Assembly (NCBI RefSeq): GCF_001186125.1
Contig: NW_014040220.1
Coordinates: forward strand, 15,196 to 67,456
Origin: Sphaeroforma arctica JP610
Taxonomy: Eukaryota
DNA: 52,261 bases
Direction: 5' to 3'
A model generated the notes under the pieces. That model saw only the letters and a list, made by a program, of their open reading frames with translations. It searched no databases and was not told where the DNA came from. Shown piece by piece: positions 31,994 to 43,559 of this stretch (the first letter of the stretch is position 1; each line of letters starts with the position of its first letter). The position numbers were made by a program, and so were the translations under genes.

Positions 31994-32838
31994 TCAGTGT
32001 ACTATCATCCTTTGGGGTTCGACGCCTTTACTTCTTGCACAGGAGGTGCGTGCCGGTAGTGGCGTTTGATATGTTAGATTGAATTTGCCAACTAATCTGT
32101 CTTTATCTGCCCAACTACCACTGGAAACGACACTGTCAGTTTGCAATGTCGGAGTTATACTACTAGGGAAATAGAGTATTCGCGAAAAGATCAAGTCTGT
32201 GCCATACGTGCTCGCTATTAGTTGCCACCCGTCAGTTGATACGCCTGCAATTTTCTTCTTTTCAATGTACTGGGACGCAATGTCGCTCAACGATCTATAT
32301 CCTATGTGTGTTGTAAACATCACACGGCTTCCTATCTTGCCAATTTTAATTGCAGTTGTTAAATCTGTACCTTCATGGGCACGCCCTTTACCCCGAGTAG
32401 CCATTGTTGCCAATGTTATAATATCGTCTTCGCCAGGCCCTGATGCTTTGGTCTTTTTCTGTTTCATGGGCTGTTTGATGGGTTCGTTCTCTATATCCTG
32501 CTGATCTTTGTCTCTAGAATACAGTTTTGGTGCAGCCATTAGCTGTCTCTTACTTGCACTAAAGATAGCTAAATTGTCACCACAAGCTTCACCTAGTGCC
32601 ACTCTAGTCATTGTTAGTTGTATAGTATTGGTACTAGGTACTGCAACAGGTAAAACTGATGCATCAGGTAATACTGATACATCATATGATACATCAGATG
32701 GTACCGATACCGAAACTGCATCATACACAACAGAAATCTGAGAAATGTTAATATGGATGATGCTTCCACGGCTTCAGGCAACCTCAATATCGGGACAGAA
32801 CCAGTTCTTGGTCTCTTTTTATTTTGATAATCGGCCAT
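31994..32838 (-). CDS. Hypothetical protein, possibly TE-associated and frameshifted (ORFs 32838-32614 and 32728-31994)
   Basis: 244-aa open frame with protein-like composition and basic NLS-like patches. No recognised domain. Confidence 0.35.
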
Positions 32839-33639
32839 CTGATTTTTTTTTTGAAATGCATACTACACACTTTCCCACGGCGTCAATAGATCGTGCATAC
32901 GGCGTGCCCAAGAATTTTTACCTCAAATATGGGTTTTCGAGTGTTTTATTATTATTTTGTACTCAAATTATGCCCAACGCCTGCCCAACGCCTACCCCAA
33001 AAAAAAAATTGATGATTTCAAAATTTATCTAACATGTACCCAAGTCGTGCCCCAAGTGGCGGACCTCATGTAGCTGCCGTTCTAAGCATTGTACCGCCTA
33101 CCTCATGGTACCTACGTGCTTGTATTTTCTCCTCATTTGATTAATCCTCTCAAACATACCTATCAATCATTAGCCGTCCATAGCTTACATTTACGATGGT
33201 GTAATACGTGAAAAACATTTGTTGGTTTTGGGTGTTAAAATAAAATAACATACATAATTATGTAGTACATCTGTATATATGTATGTACTAAAATACCTAT
33301 AAATCCAGTACTATGGATTTAGAGTTCAGTGTTTTATGTACAATAAATTTCCACTCGTGGAGATTAAGTTTGAGATCTACATTCTGCTGCGTAGTTGTAC
33401 TGAATACATTTTTTTGAGTGCTTCGATCTCATTCTCTAAACAAGTGATCGTGGTCTGTGAGACACTGTAAGTTGGTGTGTACTAGTATTTGATGGGATGG
33501 TAGCCTTCATAGTCTTCTTGATGTGTCGAGGTAAAGGATGTGCGCAGTCTTCAAAATCCTCCTTGATAAGCATCTTATTCAATAAGTATTGTTCCGCATC
33601 GTGCATCTCTTTCACTTTGATTCTAGCTAGGTGACTATT

Positions 33640-33906
33640 TCATTCTTCCATCGTCATTGGCACTGCATCATCGGTCAGTTGGTTCTATTTCTGGCTTCAT
33701 TGCAGGATATACTTCGAATGAAAGTGCTTTTCACACATCTCTGTCCAACTGCTTGCCTGCAAACTCTTCACTCCTTTCGCTGTTTGTTAGCCGTCCTAAT
33801 CTGTCTTCCACTTTTATAATTTCTCTGGATCATTGCTCGGAACTGGTTTCTGTTTATTGTTTGCAGATCTTTTGTCTGAACAGTAAGTCGCCACACACAC
33901 CGCCAT
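33640..33906 (-). pseudogene. THAP zinc-finger domain pseudogene
   Basis: Manual translation MAVCVATYC...PSNDPEKL*KW...MCEKHF...LTDDAVP gives C2CH plus P, W, F and the AVP box. In-frame stops only. Confidence 0.75.
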
Positions 33907-34348
33907 ATTGAATTTTTACGCTATGTACTAAGTACCTATACGTTGAGCTATGGCTATGTTTATAAGCTTCCCACACGTCAAATACGGCGGTGTGCACACG
34001 TGCGTGCAATACTGCAATTTGATCACAAAATCGACTAAAGCCGATTTTTTTCTACAATGTACTAATTTCAAGAAAGTTTTATTTGTCTACTACTTTTACG
34101 ACTGGTGAGTAATGATTGGTTGTAGAAACAGCCAAAGACCATAGCCTTCTAAAAAATAGACAAGCCAAACATCCTCTCCCAAATTTGGGCGGCATAGCAT
34201 TTTTTGGTGCCTAGCATAATTTTCTTCGCCAAGGAATAAACTTTGGCGCCAAATATTGATACCAGATTTCTAGTACAAATTTTAAAACACAGAATCATAT
34301 AACACACATCCACCTTACAATACGGCTATATAGGGGGTCTTCGCAGTT

Positions 34349-37300
34349 ATGGTGTCTTGCGCTGTTGCCATATGTGGCAATAGAAATGGTAGTCTATTCA
34401 TTGGCGAGAAGTTGTCTTTCCTTCGTTTTCCTGCGGCGAAAGACTACCCTAAGTACAGGTCGAACAAGCAAGGACGGCTTGCAAAACGGAGAACAGATGA
34501 ACCACTTGGATCGAAGCATGCTTCCGATTATTCAGTGCCGAGGATGGACTGACTGCAGGTGTCCACCAACTTTTGGAAAAGAAACGATCATAGAGTCTGC
34601 AGCGTTTATTTCCACCCCTCAGTACTTGTGGTAAAAGAGAAGGGTACGCATTCAGCCGTGATCGGCGCCACCCCTACCATGTATCTTAAGAAGTTGGCGG
34701 CCGATGCTGAGCCAATTGTGGAACTGTCAAGTAGACAGAGACTTCTGATGATACCTTACAGTGAGATCTTTGAATTGGATAGTTCACTAGGCAATCCATT
34801 GTCTGGAAAACGACTGCTTGAAACTAATCCAACAGCAGATCGTGCACGCAACGTGAACGCTTAACTAACGAGACTATTCACATATCACGACAGCGAGAGG
34901 ACGAAGAAGATCACATTAGCTCGTTCAAAGAAGTGATAGGCAAGCTGAGTTGGGATTGCATAAATAATGGACATGGGAGTTAAATGCTGATACGATCATA
35001 ATGTCACGGTCGATTAAATCGGAGATTGCCTCAGTTCCATTTTTACAACGTGTGCATCTAATACTTGGAAGTTCGGATGGATACATAGATATAGTCGTTT
35101 ATACTCCTTCACACACAGCCGTCAAAAATACTTGCTATAGTAACGATGAATCTTATGTTTATTCTGTTACCCATCTTGAGAAACAACTCGGCATAGCACA
35201 TAAGTACAGTACATTGCTCAAGCGGATCCGTTTTATTGAGGACACGACAGATGCACTGATACCAAGCAGTAAGCCGACTCAAACGGCAAAATCAGAATGT
35301 AATATTCCACGTGAGCGTGGGGATTATCTGCTACGTGGTGACGTCGGTCGAGAAAGAGCCGTATTTTACTACCACTTAGCCGAACAAATCGAGATGCTGG
35401 AAGTCAACCGGCACAAAGGAGATTCCCAGAAAATTCCTTTGTGTTAGCATATGCGCAACAAATGTATTCCCGTGTCCCTGGACATTACCATAGGATGAGA
35501 GAGAATATGCTTTATACCTTTCTACCGGATAAAAGGACCCTATTTTCTCGCACTAATAGTGATGCTTTACCGGCGGACTGCATATTCGCGGGTACAGGAT
35601 CCGCACATGCTGCTATATTGGGATCAATAGTTAGCGCTAAAACATCTACATCAACGATACACTACAAAGAAACGGAAATCAAGCGTAAGTTGTTCTCACG
35701 TACGTTTGTGTACGCACTTCACCTTGATGAAATCAACATTCGTCCAACGAATAATTTCAGCAATATAACCGGATTCTTTGGCCCGGCGCACAACAACCCC
35801 GATGCGCTTGCAAATCACATGCAAGTATTTCTGATGACACCTTTAAGTGGGCCAAAAACATCGCTTGCTCTTATGGCGCGACCTGTAGCTAAACAGACTA
35901 GGCTTGATTTATTTTTATACACAATGGAGGCCATATCTAAGAGTCAGGAAGCAGGAGTCACGTTGTGCCCTGTAATTTTTTTTATGGCTGTAGCGTTAAT
36001 CGGAAGGCCATGTGACTATTGGTGTTACATAATACTGATCCCGAACCACCAGGACGTCGACTTGAGTTGCCTCAGCAGCGTCTCCCGACATCTGTAAATG
36101 TAAATGGTGTAAAATTATTTCCGTTGTTTTATCTCATACACATCGTAAAGTGTATAAGAAACAATCTTGTGCGGAAAGGGCACAGATTTAGGTATCCTGA
36201 GATGAAGCGGAGTACGGGATATACTCTACCGGAAGGCACGTGTGACATAGTTTGGGTCCGTAGATTGTATAATAAGTACAAAAACAAACTATTCTCCCCT
36301 GTGCGCATCAATCGTGTTACAGTATGGCCTAGTAATCTGGAAAGGCAACAAGTGCGGCCAGCCTTGTTGATTTTCTCGACGGAGATTACAAATGCCCTAA
36401 AACGTGAATTCGGTGGTATGGCCTCTGGTACATATTTGTTCCTTGAAATGGTACAAAATTTTATTATTACACCGTTTATAGCAGTCAGTAGTACGAAAGG
36501 AAAACATAAACGGTTGCCTCGGGCGGATCTATTCAGACACCCAGCAGATCATCGTCTGAGAGAAGCTGAAAAATTAGCAGCGTGGCTGCAAGATGCTTGG
36601 TATGCCGGTCTGGCCAATGCTGATCCAAGCATTATTGTAATATCTGACGAAGAAGACGACGCCGATGAGGAGGAGGAGATTGAGGTAAGTAATAGAAAGT
36701 ATTCGTATGTATTTTATTTTTCTTTTCTAAAGGTAGGATTTTATGAGTCTCTCGGATTCGCCCCAACGAAACATACCATAGTTTCTAATAGAGCGACAAC
36801 GAAACACTAAATAAAATCCTTTCGGCGAAAACAGTACTGAGAGGATTATATATAGGCAATGTCTCAGCCTCACAATCCCTCAGAGTATTGCTGTTTTCAC
36901 GAAGCAAACCTAACTTTACTAAAAGACTCATTTCGTTATTTACTTTTATATTTTACTATACTTAGACTTAACCTAAGCGTTTATTTACTCTAAGGCGTTA
37001 ATATCCCTTTGATAGACCAAAACATACACAGTAGATAGTAGAGCTAGTCACAATACGCCGCATGCAAGTGATAACAGTGGGAGTGCCAATTCAAACACCA
37101 CTAGTGCAAATACTGAGAGCAGCACACCAATTACAAGTTCATCACGTGTAGAAAAAAGAGGCCGCAAGCCTCTGGAAGATGGCCTCGTGCGATACATGCT
37201 CCTCTCCTTAGATTTTAAGTGTGTTTTACCGGGCCGTATTAATAACGACCCGATAGAAGTGAGCTTCTCGATAGCGCGTGCCATGGCTGGTGGAAATCAC

Positions 37301-38393
37301 ACCTAGACATTTGTGCATATGTATATGCACAAAGAACTCTTAGCATCTGCGCAATATATGAGATTTGTGCAAACGCAGACGGTTATCACAATAGAGATAT
37401 GTACAATCATTTATTCGAGGGCTTAACGAAACGACAGATGAACTAGAAGGTCACAAATTCAAAACTTTGAATTACCTTTGGAAATGGCTTCTTAATTGCG
37501 GTCCCAAAGTAGCCCAAGCATCTCTTCACGATTCCACCTTCCCATATGTAGCGGAGTATGTTGCACATAAGTGGATGAAGAATTCAAGAGTGAATTGCGA
37601 CGTATGCATGGATACGGTGACGAAGGGGAAGGGATTAGATAAAGAGAAACATATGTTTATAAAGTACTCAAATAGTCTAATCGCTGAGTTAGATAGGAAA
37701 GGTCTTTCTTGGCCAACATCTCTGTAGGTGATGAGCGGACTAGTGTTAAATGTAGTAGATGTGATAATTTCGGATGAGAAAATGTTAAGGCAATTTAATG
37801 ATTCTACGAGTGCTAGTCGTGTAGGATTACGCGTGATCAATAATGTTATGTCTAAGCGTATTCAATCATGCCGTATGTTACAACCATTGAAGGGTCAGTG
37901 TGGGCACTGTGGTTCACTTAGGTTGGACACTATCGTTGCTCCAGCACTAAACACACTGTATAATATAGCATGAAATATTATGTCGTTGCTATTGAATCGT
38001 AAGTGTGTAGCCACAATGGTTACCCTAAGCATGGTTAAATCTAATAAGAAGAAAGATCGGCCAACATCGGTGCGAGGAACCGAGGATGCAACACTCACTC
38101 ACGATAATACAAAAAAGTGGACCACGGAGAAGTGTAAAGTGATATCGAGGAGTGTCGATGCACCTTTAGGTGGTGATATAGAGGCCTTACGTCAGCGCTG
38201 CATACTACTACAAAAGTTGCAAGCAGTGCAACTAGGTTCAGTGCTGGGTTTAAAGATCGACGATGCACGAAAATTGTGTGATCAATTAGATCTTACCTTG
38301 GGTACAAAGGTCGATATGGTAGAGCGCATCGCACGGACTCCCAATTCTCGTCAAGAGCACGATGCGCTGTTATCAGCACTTAGAGAAGGGTAG
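34349..38393 (+). pseudogene. P-element/THAP9-like transposase, disrupted
   Basis: THAP (MVSCAVAIC...FLRFP...RVCSVYF...GATPT), LHLDEINIRP, LANHMQVFL, HIVKCIRNNL, PSNLERQQVRPA, NDPIEVSFSIARAMAGGN. Probable intron from gtaagt at about 36685. Confidence 0.9.
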
Positions 38394-38418
38394 CGATAGT
38401 CCTAAACATACACCATTG

Positions 38419-39310
38419 TGTAAAAGTCGGTCTCCTCTAGGCTGACTATACGATATCAAGACGTTTACGTTAATAATACAATACGTTAAACGTTTAAATG
38501 CAAAATGTTAAAAATAAGTTTAGCTTCAACCCTTGATAGTGAGCAAAAGATTAGGGGATTTTAGACTAAGACTATTGTCTATATGCTCCGCTCTAATCAC
38601 TCACTACTTCGGTCTAGATTTATTTATGTTTTAGTTAATAAGACTAGATATCTTTTCATTGGACGCATATTTTACATTTCACGCCTCGAAACAACTATCT
38701 ACTCAAATTAACCAATAAAATATCTCTAAGTCCAACTTAAGAAAATAAAAAAATAAAATCAAAACACCAAGCTGATGCAGTATACATCTGCACCTAAACC
38801 CCATCACTTAGTACCTAGCTCCCCATCCCATTTAAGGCATAGACGGGCACATCTAGTTGGCTGGCTAGGAGGAATCAAAACCAGGTTGCCCTAAATTGTA
38901 ACAACCCTGATCCTGTCCTTTTCTTAGTGGATTATCTTTCTCTGAGATCATTATCGAATTATAACATAGGTTTGTACCAACAACCATTTCATGCCTGAGA
39001 CCCTCTCTCATGGTACTCCCGTTAATTAGAGATTCCCAAAGTGTCATTTTCAGGTGTCAGATTTGTATCATTCCTATATTTTGTACAATTCTAATTTCAG
39101 TGGAAAAACCAATCTATATTTGGAAAACCACCTAATTGTCCACAGTAGAGTCCCATACTCTACTGAGTACTATCACATGTTCAGAATCTTGAATATATCA
39201 ATTCTTGTTTAAACGTATTCCAGTATTATCAGTATAAACGTTAATATGATAATACGTTTATAAAATGCGTTAACTGTGCAACTACTATTAGGAACCCGCT
39301 ATTTTTTACA
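38419..39310 (-). repeat. Gypsy 3' LTR
   Basis: Direct repeat of 46651-47353 with an extra ~200 bp (about 38456-38660). Confidence 0.93.
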
Positions 39311-39484
39311 TTGCCCCCCCCCCCCCGATTTTTCAATGTTGGTTTATATGTGGTATTAGCACATCGACTCAAAAAGCTCACATGAATTGTACAAACGAAA
39401 AGAAAAGAAACGGGTTTCAATCATATAATGGCCTCAATGCTTATGTTATATTCTCTTAGACAAAGTATACTTAGACGTTATAAG

Positions 39485-39845
39485 TTACTCGGTTACTCTA
39501 TTACGTCTGGGCTTTGGTCCTTGTGGTCCCCGATGGTGGATGGGACGTCTCTTAATGACTTTTGGAGGTACGTACATTCCATGCTGTTTAAAGCTGGGAA
39601 TGTATGATGTCTGTGGATAGATCTTAACCACGTCGGGTCGCTTATTCGATGGTAAGATTGCTTCTGCATCAGCCTTATTTTTGTGTAAGAGTTTGCAAAA
39701 CTTCTTATTAAAAGCCTTTAGTACATCCGGATCATCAAATGCTGATGGTGGAATACCATACTGTGCTCCATCGGCGAACTCCGTAGCGTAATATGTCATA
39801 TCCTCATGTTTGTACTCCCTAGAATCTTTTTAAACTTGTAAGACA
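39485..39845 (-). pseudogene. Chromodomain-like C-terminus of Gypsy integrase (frameshifted)
   Basis: YKFKKIL/EYKHEDMTYYATEFADGAQYGIPPSAFDDPDVLKAF follows the chromodomain pattern loosely. Confidence 0.55.
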
Positions 39846-41058
39846 TAAGAGGTGTAGTAGCTTCACGTGTGCGACAAAGGATGATCTCTGTCGTAGGGAT
39901 TAGATGTGACCCAATATTTAAGGCACTAGAGCCGTCAACGTTGTTAAATTCATACGTTCCGCTCTTCTTATCGGCCACAGAGATCATAAATGGTCCAATA
40001 TATTTAGCCGTAAGCACAGTTGTATCGGAGTTGCGAGCCATAATGTTGACTATATCGCCTACCTCAATCTCGACTATTTTTTTGGTATCATTCCATCGTT
40101 TTTGTCTCTTCTTGAAAGCGATGTCCTTCATCTCCCTTAAACAAGGATAGACCACATCTATGGTCCGACGCATCTTCTCTAACCATGGTAACACATGATC
40201 ATCTTGAGACTCCTTGTTGAAGGGTATCTGTAATTCACTATAACGGCCCCGGAAATAGGGAGCGGGTGTTGTACCAGTGACTGAATCAGGGGATTCGTTC
40301 ATCTGTGTCTGTACCCAATTGATTGAGTACGGCCACATGTCAGCATCATCAAGTAGTGCTGCTCGCATGAACTCCTTCATTTTTCTGTGTCGTACCTCGT
40401 TTGCACCTTGTGTCTGAGGCTTGTAAGGTACACCCATCTTATGGCATGAACCCGCAACGAGTAACAATGTCGTCATGACATCTCCTGTAAACTCACTACC
40501 GTTGTCGGAACATACAATAGCTGGCCAGCCGAAATCTGCGAAGCACTTATATATGCACTCAGCCACAGTTTGTGTCGATTTGTCCTTCAGCGGATATAAT
40601 ACATTATATCTTGATGGGACATCAAACACGTGACAGACATATTTATCCTTCGTGTGTTCGGACGTGGGTAGCTCAACCAAATCAATGATAACCCGGCGCC
40701 ACGGCTCGTCTTCTGATAAGCTGCGTAAAGCTGCGTATCCGTAGCGCTTGATCCGGTTAACTTCGCAGTTGTTACATTCGTGATACACCTGAGATATATA
40801 TTGCTTGAGGTTCGGGTTTACGATTCCACACCTCGTACAATCTTTCTCAGTTCTAACCTTATCCATGTGCTTAAGAGCATGATTTTGTCTTGACCACTTC
40901 AGAATCGCCTCCTGTGATTTACTTGTTACATTGGAATCAGGAGGTGAGGATTCCACCGCGTCATCACCTGGACTCGAAGACTCGTCCTGCCCAATCTCGC
41001 CTAAAGCTTCTACATCGTGAATCCGACTAATGTTTGATCTGTCCAATAGGAAAGTCAT
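39796..41058 (-). CDS. Gypsy integrase (zinc finger, rve DDE core, GPY/F)
   Basis: NHALKH...HECNNC, PWRRVIIDLVELP, SDNGSEF, PQTQGANE, KYIGPF. Confidence 0.93.
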   Translation of the reverse strand: MTFLLDRSNISRIHDVEALGEIGQDESSSPGDDAVESSPPDSNVTSKSQEAILKWSRQNHALKHMDKVRTEKDCTRCGIVNPNLKQYISQVYHECNNCEVNRIKRYGYAALRSLSEDEPWRRVIIDLVELPTSEHTKDKYVCHVFDVPSRYNVLYPLKDKSTQTVAECIYKCFADFGWPAIVCSDNGSEFTGDVMTTLLLVAGSCHKMGVPYKPQTQGANEVRHRKMKEFMRAALLDDADMWPYSINWVQTQMNESPDSVTGTTPAPYFRGRYSELQIPFNKESQDDHVLPWLEKMRRTIDVVYPCLREMKDIAFKKRQKRWNDTKKIVEIEVGDIVNIMARNSDTTVLTAKYIGPFMISVADKKSGTYEFNNVDGSSALNIGSHLIPTTEIILCRTREATTPLMSYKFKKILGSTNMRI

Positions 41059-41305
41059 TCATCAATTGCTTAAGCAATCGAGTTTCCCTGTCAGACCGCA
41101 TTTTGTTGTAGAAGGCTTTCGCTAGTGATGCGCTCCTCTTTGATTCCTTTGAATTTGGCTGTATCTCGGTAACACGTACTGCAGGTGCTTGTGTTGTTCC
41201 AGCCTCCCGTTGAGACTTAGATGTCAAGAATGGAATCTTGATTTCTTCAACATCACGCTTGAAGGTCTCGAATTGTGTCCACTTGGTTGTTCCAACTGAA
41301 CCTAT

Positions 41306-41701
41306 TCAACATATAATAGTATGTCGCCAAGGCGTCTTTTGGACTGCACGGGTACCCTGGTAGAGAAAAGTATCTACCTTTCTATCCACATAGATCGGCT
41401 CACATTGTATCATTGAGATCAACTGTGGTAGCCATTTATCTGAGTGTCTAAGGGGACAATACAACGTGATGGCAGCATTTTGAATATGTGCATAATTTAG
41501 CAACTGTGGTATTAATAACCATGGAGGATTTGCCCAGGCATTCTCGTTAGACAAGTCAATCTGGAATCTATCTCCTTTCGGATGTTCCAGTGTCCGGTAC
41601 CTTGGTAGTTGCGCATTGTGATGGGCAGCAAACATATCTATGGTATGTGGTCCATGTATGTTGTCTGCGATCTTAAACCACCGAGGATTGACCATCCAAT
41701 C
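41306..41701 (-). other. Dam-like N6-adenine DNA methyltransferase domain within Gypsy pol
   Basis: DWMVNPRWF...IDMFAAHHNAQLPRY...DRF...AWANPPW.LIPQLL...ITLYCP...KWLPQL...DTFLYQG..VQKTPWR. Confidence 0.9.
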
Positions 41702-43188
41702 GTAACTAGCAACTCCCTAACCCTCTTATTAAAGTCTGGTACGAAGCGAGACAACATGTAGGGTAAGTGATTGTGAATACCCGGTATGTGTGTTATGCTG
41801 AAAGAAAATTTTGCGATCGTGTCATGCCATCGACTGACTAACTGTGAGTTAGGTTTCATGTCCTTTAGGTGTTGCAATGATTTCTGATCACATAGCACAT
41901 TGAAGTGTGTGCCATATAGATAATCCTTAAAATGAGTGAGTGTAGTAACAATAGCCAAAAGCTCTTGTTGCACGGTTGGGTAATTGATCTGAGACGAATT
42001 CATAGCTCTACTAAAGAACTGTACATATCTCGGTTTCCCATCAATCTTTTGATACAGAACGCCGCCGAGTGCCATGTCGGATGCGTTTGTTGCTACCCTG
42101 AATGGAATACCATCCTTTGGTGGTTGGACTACTGGTGCCTGTTGAACCACTGTTTTGAGCTGCTTAAATGCGTCATCACATTCTTTGGTCCACAGCGCGC
42201 CTAGTTTGCCTTTATGACATCTCAAATGTCCAAAGGGCTTTAAGTAACTTGCCAGGTGTGGTACTCCGTCAGATAAAAATTTGACGATTCCGCACATGCT
42301 GTTGACATCCTTACCCGCGGTAGGAGTTCTCCAGTCTAGCAAGTGTCCGACCTTCCCGGGATCGATCATGATTCCATCCCCGGATACTCGGTAACCCAAC
42401 AGTTGAATTTCGTTAAAACCGAAGTGACATTTCTTACTGTTGATCTTAGAGTTGTGCCTGTTGAGTCTGTCTAGAACCTCTCGCACAACTTTGTCGTGCT
42501 CCTCTTTGGTTTTGGTGAATATCACAATGTCATCAATGTATTCTTGTACATTGTCCATGTCCCTAAACAAGTCTTGCATAATTTGCTGAAAGAACGCAGG
42601 CAATATGTCTAACCCAAGGGGGGCACCTTTGAACGAATATTGCTGACCCTCCCAGGTAAAGGTGAAATACTTCCGATGTGGTCGGTAGATCTTCATCTGG
42701 TGGTAGCCCTGCGTCAGGTCGATAGTGGAGAATATCTTAGCTCCCTCCATGCGCCTGAGTAGTTCGTTTATCCTTGGTAAGTGAAAATTGTGTGTCGGTA
42801 TCAAAGCGTTAATTGGGCTCATATCCAAACACACCCGAACTTTCTTCAGTGTCCCGTCAGAGTTGAATTGGTCGACGGCTAAAAGCGCTAGATTGACGGG
42901 AGTCGGCTCATAGTTGACTGCGATCACTCCGTCATCTAACCATGCTTTAACCTGTTCTCGTACGACCTGCTCATAACGCCATGCAACATAGTTACGTGTA
43001 AGACACTTCAGCTTCGAGAAATCTACTCTCGTCAGGTCTAGACTAACGTATCCGTTACTGAATTTGAACTTAGCCCAGTCCGTGATCCGAATCTTGTCAT
43101 TCTCGAAAATCAAGTCCTTGAGTTTCTTTGTAAAGTGAGGGATTATCTCCTTCACAGTCTTCGAAGGTTTATATACCGGTTTCAACAA
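41638..43188 (-). CDS. Gypsy reverse transcriptase and RNase H
   Basis: RVCLDMSPIN, DLTQGYHQM, YIDDIVIF, ATNASDMALGGVLYQ, NYPTVQQELLAIV, HIPGIHN. Confidence 0.96.
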   Translation of the reverse strand: MLKPVYKPSKTVKEIIPHFTKKLKDLIFENDKIRITDWAKFKFSNGYVSLDLTRVDFSKLKCLTRNYVAWRYEQVVREQVKAWLDDGVIAVNYEPTPVNLALLAVDQFNSDGTLKKVRVCLDMSPINALIPTHNFHLPRINELLRRMEGAKIFSTIDLTQGYHQMKIYRPHRKYFTFTWEGQQYSFKGAPLGLDILPAFFQQIMQDLFRDMDNVQEYIDDIVIFTKTKEEHDKVVREVLDRLNRHNSKINSKKCHFGFNEIQLLGYRVSGDGIMIDPGKVGHLLDWRTPTAGKDVNSMCGIVKFLSDGVPHLASYLKPFGHLRCHKGKLGALWTKECDDAFKQLKTVVQQAPVVQPPKDGIPFRVATNASDMALGGVLYQKIDGKPRYVQFFSRAMNSSQINYPTVQQELLAIVTTLTHFKDYLYGTHFNVLCDQKSLQHLKDMKPNSQLVSRWHDTIAKFSFSITHIPGIHNHLPYMLSRFVPDFNKRVRELLVTIGWSILGGLRSQTTYMDHIP

Positions 43189-43553
43189 AGTTCAATGTTA
43201 GTAGGTAAGCCTGTAATTGTGATACCTAATGACAATAAATCACCCATACCTACTATGAGATCATAGTCTGGTGAAGTGATACATATGACTGCCTTAGTAA
43301 CTGTAGTACGTTGGTCCGTCAATGTAAACCTAAGATCGATTGCCATTTCTCTGCAAGTGATCTCTCTTTCATCAGCCAATTTCAACATAGTTGGCTCTGA
43401 CTTGCGAGTAGCGTCTGTGATCATACAGAATCTAGAGCATGTACATGAAATTTGCGAGTCCAGATCTAACAGCACTTTTATTTCATGTCCGTTAACTCGT
43501 ACGTCAAGAATTACACGCTCGTCTCGAGGTGCTTCCTTTTGTCTTAGTGACAA
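43182..43553 (-). pseudogene. Gypsy aspartic protease (DLD in place of DxG, frameshifted from RT)
   Basis: VRVNGHEIKVLLDLDSQISC...YDLIVGMGDL. Confidence 0.8.
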
Positions 43554-43559
43554 GACCCG

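Noticed and set aside
41306..43188. Interpreting RT-RH-MTase as a DIRS element
   Set aside because: DDE integrase, protease, direct TG..CA LTRs and PPT are present, with no tyrosine recombinase
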